A stretch of 64,000 nt of DNA from an uncultured Chloroflexia bacterium. GTDB taxonomy: Bacteria > Chloroflexota > Chloroflexia > QHBQ01 > JADMIH01. The notes beneath the pieces were generated by a model. That model saw nothing but the letters and a program-made list of their open reading frames with translations. It had not been told where the DNA came from and ran no database searches. A program made the position numbers and the translations under genes. The number at the start of each line of letters is the position of its first letter. The stretch's first letter is position 1. This document shows, piece by piece, positions 58,212-64,000 of the stretch. The DNA lies in contig CAWCNY010000004.1 of the NCBI GenBank assembly GCA_963797095.1, forward strand, positions 224,001 through 288,000, given 5' to 3'.

Positions 58212-58790
58212 TCAGGGCTGAGCGTTGGCCGCATTGATCAGTTGCGCCGCCTCGGTCGCCCAATCCGAGCCGGGGGCTAGTTGTATTACCTTGTTCCACT
58301 CAGCGACTGCAGCCGCCGTCTGGGGCGGATTAACCTTGCTCAGTGACAGGCCGAGCAGCAAGTGTATCTCCGGGCTGTCGGGTTGCAACGCGACCGCATC
58401 CTGCAAGGTCTTGACGGCGTCATCGAACATCAGTTGGTAGATATAGGTCCCCGCCAGCTTCACAAGCAGGTCGTAATCGTGAGGCGATAACCGCGCCGCG
58501 CTCTCGTAATTGACCATCGCTTGCGGGTACTGCCCCATCTTGTAGTAAAGGTCGGCCAGGTCGCGGGTGCATTGCAGGTCATCGGGGTTCGCAGCCACAC
58601 ACGTCTGCAAGTCAGCCAACTGTGCGATTTCAGGGTCGGGCCCCACCGTCGGCTCAGCAGTGGGCGCAGCGATTATCCGGTCCTGTGGGCTGTTCTTCCC
58701 CGTTACATTGTCATACACCTGTATGACAGCCATCACCATCAGCACCCAGCCCATGAACAGCACGATTATGCGCTTACCAAGTGGATTCAA
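58212..58790 (-). CDS. Membrane-anchored TPR protein
   Basis: N-terminal TM; three TPR units (LADLYY..GQY..A..YE.A..L.P). Confidence 0.85.
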   Translation of the reverse strand: MNPLGKRIIVLFMGWVLMVMAVIQVYDNVTGKNSPQDRIIAAPTAEPTVGPDPEIAQLADLQTCVAANPDDLQCTRDLADLYYKMGQYPQAMVNYESAARLSPHDYDLLVKLAGTYIYQLMFDDAVKTLQDAVALQPDSPEIHLLLGLSLSKVNPPQTAAAVAEWNKVIQLAPGSDWATEAAQLINAANAQP

Positions 58791-58791
58791 A

Positions 58792-59316
58792 TCAACCTCG
58801 CGTCGCCGCCTGTATCATCCGGGCGGCGCGCTCGCTCGCTTCGGAGATTAGCTCATTGAGTCGTGCGATCTCGCCCTGAACGTCTACCACCTCAAACTGA
58901 ACTGTACGGATATCCTCTATTGGACGCTCCATCTCGCCCGCGACGGCTGTCATCTGTCCGGAGAACAACTCTAGCCTGGACGATAGCTCGCGCTGGCGCA
59001 ACTCAAGCTCCGCCAGTTGCGAGCGAGCGTCCGCTACTTGCCTGGTCAACTTCAGCACGTCCAATTCTGTCATAGCACGACTTTCAATCATCTTCAGGTG
59101 CGTCGCCGTCTGCAATACTTCATTCAGTTTGCCTTGCACCTCTGCCATCAGCGAAAGCGCATTCGCAACATCTCCCTCGCGATAAACCACAAAGTCTACT
59201 ATCCGCGACAGTTGTGCCCGGTACTGGCCTTCTATTTCGGCCAGTTGGCCTTGCTTGCTCTTAATATCGGCCAGCAAGAGACGCAAGAGGCCGAGTCGTT
59301 TCTCCAGTTCTTGCAT
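58792..59316 (-). CDS. Coiled-coil hypothetical protein
   Basis: Heptad-rich E/L/R/Q helical sequence; GGGAG RBS. Confidence 0.7.
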   Translation of the reverse strand: MQELEKRLGLLRLLLADIKSKQGQLAEIEGQYRAQLSRIVDFVVYREGDVANALSLMAEVQGKLNEVLQTATHLKMIESRAMTELDVLKLTRQVADARSQLAELELRQRELSSRLELFSGQMTAVAGEMERPIEDIRTVQFEVVDVQGEIARLNELISEASERAARMIQAATRG

Positions 59317-59379
59317 TCCGACTTTCTCCCATCGACCAGTATCATCCTGCCCTCATATTGAACCACAAAGTTACCTGAA

Positions 59380-59814
59380 TCACAAAGGCTGGCTCTCAAT
59401 GAGCCGCTTCAACCGTATCATGTCCTGCCCCAGCAGTCCACCCAGCAGCGCGTTCAAAAGCAAAGCCGGTACCCCATTCGCGTCAAGCGACAGATCCACC
59501 ATAGTTCCGGGCGTAGATTCGTGGGCGGTTAGCCGCAATTGCACAACCGCTCCGGGCTCGCCCTCCAGAACAAACCGCACAAGCCTGTAAGGAATCAACG
59601 TGTCTATGCGGAGATCCAATAGTCGCTTTTGTCCCAGGAAATCAGCCTCGGCTTTCCAGACCTGTCCCACGGACGGCTCGCCTTCCGGACCCGAAATCAC
59701 CCGCGTGATCGAGCTTATGTATCGAGGCGCGTTACGTGGATCGGCGACGTAACCAAACACCTGCTTCACTGGCACATTGATGCCTATCTGCTTCCTGATC
59801 TCCCCCAAAGCCAC
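59380..59814 (-). CDS. SRPBCC/START family protein
   Basis: I.INVPVKQVF.YVADP.N.P.Y ... D..RLK..IE. Confidence 0.85.
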   Translation of the reverse strand: MALGEIRKQIGINVPVKQVFGYVADPRNAPRYISSITRVISGPEGEPSVGQVWKAEADFLGQKRLLDLRIDTLIPYRLVRFVLEGEPGAVVQLRLTAHESTPGTMVDLSLDANGVPALLLNALLGGLLGQDMIRLKRLIESQPL

Positions 59815-59864
59815 CTCCTATGCGATAATAGCTGTCATCAATTTCGTTACCTGCTGAAGCATGC

Positions 59865-60539
59865 TCATCTCCGCGCCCACCTCTTCCAAACGTCAGCGAG
59901 CTCAGGCACATCCAGAAACCTGAGGAACTCGTCCCGATCCCGGTGATAGATGAGCGCCACGTCCACAACAGTCAGTCCATGCGCTGGTCGATACACCACA
60001 TTCAGTTCATCTCCTGCCTCAATCTCACCTTCCGAAACAATCCGCAGATAAGCACCTGGCCGCCCTGCATCGCTGAACTGCTCCGGGAATTCCGCATCGC
60101 CCGTACGTGCGGCCAACTTCCAACAAGGGATGCGCGGCTGCGAAACTTCAAAAAGTGCGCTCCCAATCTCCCACCTCTCGCCCACAACAGCGTTCGTCAC
60201 ATCGATCCCCGACAAGGTGACGTTGTCGCCGAATGTGCCTGGCTCCACTGGCCGTGCACGCGTTTCACTCCACCACGCCTCATCCTCTACGGCAAAGGAA
60301 TAGAGGGCCTTGTCCCGCCCGCCATGCACTTTGCGGTCATCCTGATCGTCGCCTACCACGTTGACGCCGAGCACGGCCACTTTGCCTATGAACGGGCTTT
60401 TCCAAATTGAAGTCAGTGCCGTTTGACCCAGCCAAAATACAGGTCGTGGTGTGCCGACATTGACAGACACTACTCCCCAGCTCAGACCAAGCTTCACTTG
60501 CTCTTCGATAGGCAACGAAGCCAACAATTCACCACTCAT
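59865..60539 (-). CDS. MOSC domain protein (YiiM-like)
   Basis: SVNVG, GDDQ.D.KVHGG.DKA, FG.N, VSQPRIPCWKL, GRPG.YLR. Confidence 0.9.
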   Translation of the reverse strand: MSGELLASLPIEEQVKLGLSWGVVSVNVGTPRPVFWLGQTALTSIWKSPFIGKVAVLGVNVVGDDQDDRKVHGGRDKALYSFAVEDEAWWSETRARPVEPGTFGDNVTLSGIDVTNAVVGERWEIGSALFEVSQPRIPCWKLAARTGDAEFPEQFSDAGRPGAYLRIVSEGEIEAGDELNVVYRPAHGLTVVDVALIYHRDRDEFLRFLDVPELADVWKRWARR

Positions 60540-62362
60540 GCTTCGGTTTCCTGGGCAGCCTCTTTCTGGGTTGCCTCCGACTTTCGCTTCCCTCTTGTGT
60601 CACCCCTGCCCTGCATACTATGCAACTCGATGATCTCGTCTACCGTAGTTGCGTCCTCAGGCGTGCGCTCGCTTCGCTCCTTCACTATCCGGGGAAACCG
60701 CAGAGCATAACCTGGCCCATCATCCGTTCGCCCAGCCGGGTGCATTTGCGATCTGCTTACTTCATCAGCCTGCAACTCGACCACATATCGAGGCACAACC
60801 CACACATCGGGATTAATCACGCTCACCACGCGCGGGTCGCGGTGAGGCAGCCTATCCGCCTCCAGTCTTTTGCCTAGCTCCTGCCACCCCTGGTCCGACA
60901 GGCCACTTGCGACTCGCGTTACAGTGGGGAATGTATCGCTTAGCTTGTCATAAACCGACACCAGCAGCGATCCTATGCCCCAGGAAGCGCGCTTGCCTTT
61001 GCCATAATAGTAGCCCACGATAGCACAATCCACCGTATCACTCAACTGCTTGTTGTAGGAGCGCTTCATCTTGATCCAGTTGAAGCCGCGCCTTCCCGCG
61101 TCATACGTGCCTGTCAATCGCTTTGCAACGATCCCCTCAAGTCCATCAACAAGGCTATCTTCGTAGAACGTCACTATCTCGTCGGGGTCTTCTGTGATAA
61201 TCTTGGCAGACGGCTCAATTCCGCCCAGCCCTTCGCGAGGCGCGATTGCGGACTCCAAAAGCGCACGCCTTTCGAGGTAGGGCGCTTGGGTCAAGTCTTT
61301 TCCATTTATGAGCAGCAGGTCAAACGCCAGCAGCCTTAGGGGCAATGAAGCTCTCATCTCCTCGATGTTATGTATTCTCCGCCGTTGCGAGGTCACCTGG
61401 AATGGCTGGAATTGCCCCGTCTCCGGGTCATAAGCCAGGGCCTCCCCCTCCATAATCACGGTCGATGCTGCTACCTGCTTGTGTATTGCCTCCACAATAT
61501 CCGGGAACATTCCGCTCAGATTCTCCAGCCCTCTAGAGAAGATCGTGATCGAGTCGCCGTCCTTATGAATCTGCATCCGGAACCCATCAAACTTCGGCTC
61601 AACCGCGCACCGCCCGAGCCTCGCCAGGATCTCCTCCGCGCTATCGGCCCGCTCCGCCAGTGCCATCCGCACAGGATTTCCCACCTTCACCTGTATCCCG
61701 TCCAAAGCCTCGACCCCTGACTCATACAGAGTGTGGGCCACCAGCCCCAGGTCACTTGAAAGGTTGTAGGCGCGCTCCAGCGCAGGCCTCAAGGACTTGT
61801 CCCCTACTTTAGCTAGCGACAACGCGTCCATAAGCGTGGGATCGCCCACGCCCACCCGCAATCGTCCTACCACTATACGTGCCACATGCTTCGCCTCCAG
61901 CGGCGAAAGTCTCCCGAACAACGTCGCCAGTTGCGACACCTTCGACTCCTGACTCCCAGATCCAACCGTTTCAGTGATCTTCATCAGCGCATCATATACT
62001 TCCTGCAAACTGATATCTTGACCTTCCAGTTGCGGAAGAAAGCTGCCCCCTTGCCACTGTTGCGCGAACTGCTGCGCCACCAACCCTGCATCTCCAAGTT
62101 GCTTGGATCGCTCTACAACTTCCTCATGTGGTACGCTGTAAGCCTGGGCTACCGAACGGTAAATCAGCCGCTCGTTCATCCCGAATTCCTTCTGGATGAA
62201 GTCTGGCAGCAATCGGCCCTGGCTGAGATAGAGAAGCTCCCGTATGTCCTCTGGACCGGCTTGTTTGAGCATTTCGGCCAGCATGCCGATCATCTGCGTA
62301 CGCCCGGTCACAGGCTCCAGGGCTTCGAGTGTCTCAGCGAGAGTGCTGAAGGGCATAGACAT
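60536..62362 (-). CDS. lig: ATP-dependent DNA ligase (archaeal/LigB-type with N-terminal DNA-binding domain)
   Basis: EPKFDG.R.QIHK, EGE, FDLL, EGIVAK, WIK.K, ALRFPR; AGGAG RBS. Confidence 0.93.
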   Translation of the reverse strand: MSMPFSTLAETLEALEPVTGRTQMIGMLAEMLKQAGPEDIRELLYLSQGRLLPDFIQKEFGMNERLIYRSVAQAYSVPHEEVVERSKQLGDAGLVAQQFAQQWQGGSFLPQLEGQDISLQEVYDALMKITETVGSGSQESKVSQLATLFGRLSPLEAKHVARIVVGRLRVGVGDPTLMDALSLAKVGDKSLRPALERAYNLSSDLGLVAHTLYESGVEALDGIQVKVGNPVRMALAERADSAEEILARLGRCAVEPKFDGFRMQIHKDGDSITIFSRGLENLSGMFPDIVEAIHKQVAASTVIMEGEALAYDPETGQFQPFQVTSQRRRIHNIEEMRASLPLRLLAFDLLLINGKDLTQAPYLERRALLESAIAPREGLGGIEPSAKIITEDPDEIVTFYEDSLVDGLEGIVAKRLTGTYDAGRRGFNWIKMKRSYNKQLSDTVDCAIVGYYYGKGKRASWGIGSLLVSVYDKLSDTFPTVTRVASGLSDQGWQELGKRLEADRLPHRDPRVVSVINPDVWVVPRYVVELQADEVSRSQMHPAGRTDDGPGYALRFPRIVKERSERTPEDATTVDEIIELHSMQGRGDTRGKRKSEATQKEAAQETEA

Positions 62363-62587
62363 AGCTGCGAGTGCTCCTCTCAGGGAAGATAGGCAACGCA
62401 CCCCGGACGGCAAGCCAACGCCGAAGCACGGTAGTACGATTATAAACGCGCCGGGATAGCGCGGCAAGATTTTGGGAAAGCGACGTGAAACATCACATCG
62501 GATTGGCTATAATCACATTAGGTGCTCCCTAAAGCACATGTACTTCCACGATAGCTGTCCTTCGACTTCCATAAGAGACATTGAGAA

Positions 62588-64000
62588 ATGTACGTACTTG
62601 GTACCGCAGGCCATGTAGATCACGGCAAATCAACTCTAGTGAAAGCTCTCACAGGCATCGACCCTGACCGCCTCCGGGAAGAGAAGGCGCGCGAGATGAC
62701 CATAGATCTGGGCTTCGCCTGGCTTACCCTCCCCTCCGGCAAAGAAGTGTCAATAGTGGACGTACCCGGCCATGAGCGGTTCATCAAGAACATGCTGGCG
62801 GGTGTAGGTGGCATCGATGCAGCACTCCTCGTGATCGCCGCCGATGAAGGTCCAATGCCTCAAACCGAGGAGCACCTGGGCATTCTCCACCTCCTCGGCG
62901 TTGAACGCGGCGTAATCGTCCTAACCAAGATCGACCTGGTAGATCTTGACTGGATAGGCCTAGTTCAGGAGGAAATTCGGGAGCGCGTGCAGCAAACCAC
63001 GTTGGCCCGGGCCCCCATCGTGCCTGTCTCAGCTCGTACCGGCCAGGGTCTACCCGCACTTCTCAATGAGATCGACCGGGTGCTAGCCGGTACGCACCCT
63101 CGCACCGATCGTGCCGAGCCGCGCCTATCCATCGACCGTGCTTTCACAATTTCAGGCTTCGGCACTGTAGTGACGGGCACGCTCATTGATGGCACTCTCC
63201 ACGTGGGCCAGGAAGTTGAGATCGTTCCAGGCAACCTCAAGACCCGCATCCGAGGCTTACAAAGCCACAAACACAGGGTCGAAAGCATTGGGCCCGGCAA
63301 TCGTGTGGCGGTCAACCTCGTTGGCCTCAATGTCGATTCGATAAGACGCGGTATGGTACTTGCCCTCCCAGGTAAGGTGCGCTCTACCAGGCGAGTCGAT
63401 ATTCACCTCCAACTACTACCCGACGCTCCTGCTCCACTTGGGCAGAACGATCCACTCGACTTCTTCACGGGATCAGCCGAAACGCCAGTGCAGGTCACCC
63501 TCCTCGACACCGAGCGCCTCGAACCCGGCAGCACCGCCTGGGCGCAACTTCGCCTGCGCGACGAAATTGCCCTCGTAAAAGGCGACCGCTACATAGTGCG
63601 TCAGCCATCGCCAAGCCTCACAATAGGCGGAGGGTCCGTGATTGATCCTCATCCCAGGCGACACAAACGCTTCCACGAAGAGACGCTCAAGAACCTGGAG
63701 ACACTCGAAATTGGCGCGCCCAATGAACTGCTTCTACAGGCACTCGGTAACGCGCCACTGGACGCCAGGACCGCCATCGAACGATCTGGCGTGGACAAAG
63801 GAGAGGCGATCTCAACCATCCAACAACTCATCACCGAAGGCCACATTATCCAGCTTACAGGCGACAAAACTACCACACTGAATCCTCAATCCACAGCGCT
63901 CTACATCAAGACGGCTGCATTCGAGGAGACTATACATCGTGTGAGCGATATGCTAGCCCAATACCATCGCCAGAATCCGCTGCGAAGTGGCATGAGCAAA
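62588..64000 (+). CDS. selB: Selenocysteine-specific elongation factor SelB (3' end outside the window)
   Basis: MYVLGTAGHVDHGKS, DRL.EEK.R.MTIDLGFA, DVPGHERFIKNMLAG, IDRAFTISGFGTVVTGT, TIGGG. Confidence 0.95.
   Translation, partial: MYVLGTAGHVDHGKSTLVKALTGIDPDRLREEKAREMTIDLGFAWLTLPSGKEVSIVDVPGHERFIKNMLAGVGGIDAALLVIAADEGPMPQTEEHLGILHLLGVERGVIVLTKIDLVDLDWIGLVQEEIRERVQQTTLARAPIVPVSARTGQGLPALLNEIDRVLAGTHPRTDRAEPRLSIDRAFTISGFGTVVTGTLIDGTLHVGQEVEIVPGNLKTRIRGLQSHKHRVESIGPGNRVAVNLVGLNVDSIRRGMVLALPGKVRSTRRVDIHLQLLPDAPAPLGQNDPLDFFTGSAETPVQVTLLDTERLEPGSTAWAQLRLRDEIALVKGDRYIVRQPSPSLTIGGGSVIDPHPRRHKRFHEETLKNLETLEIGAPNELLLQALGNAPLDARTAIERSGVDKGEAISTIQQLITEGHIIQLTGDKTTTLNPQSTALYIKTAAFEETIHRVSDMLAQYHRQNPLRSGMSK

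Noticed and set aside
62484-62500. GTGAAACATCAC as a CRP/Rex box
   Set aside because: Half-site spacing fits neither consensus
57000-64000. UGA-recoded selenoprotein near selB
   Set aside because: No in-frame TGA at a Cys-equivalent position in the neighbouring genes

Overview
About 64 kb of GC-rich bacterial chromosome. Gene content and protein style suggest Chloroflexota (inference): Pro/Thr-rich lipoproteins, DUF5679 and helicase-associated proteins, Bacillus-type sdhCAB, sigma-70 promoters and a GAAC-N4-GTTC SOS box. Most of it is housekeeping: clpB, rph, polA, lepA, suhB, ruvA, maf, hemW, polyprenyl synthase, folD, fhs, kimA, putB (frameshifted), sdhCAB, an ATP-dependent DNA ligase and the 5' part of selB. 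Two decayed mobile-element clusters are present. At 25-26 kb an IS50/Tn5-like remnant is nested in an IS605/tnpB remnant. At 50-53 kb a truncated group II intron sits in an IS1182 transposase gene with an intact EBS1/IBS1 match, next to a frameshifted IS701-like element. At least three unannotated MITE-like elements and strand-polarised heptamer repeats fill the intergenic DNA. The best leads are: (1) a non-phage Rad52/Sak-like annealing gene with a LexA box in its promoter, preceded by an unannotated 59-aa basic ORF; (2) the IS-targeting intron; (3) a GC-skew flip at about 50-53.6 kb; (4) several enzymes lacking catalytic residues, including a dead sortase beside an IPVTG-bearing surface protein, a J-domain without HPD fused to a SurA-like domain, FolD without the cyclohydrolase Lys, and a CoA-transferase beta subunit without Glu. 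All family assignments come from motif recognition by eye; no database searches were run.
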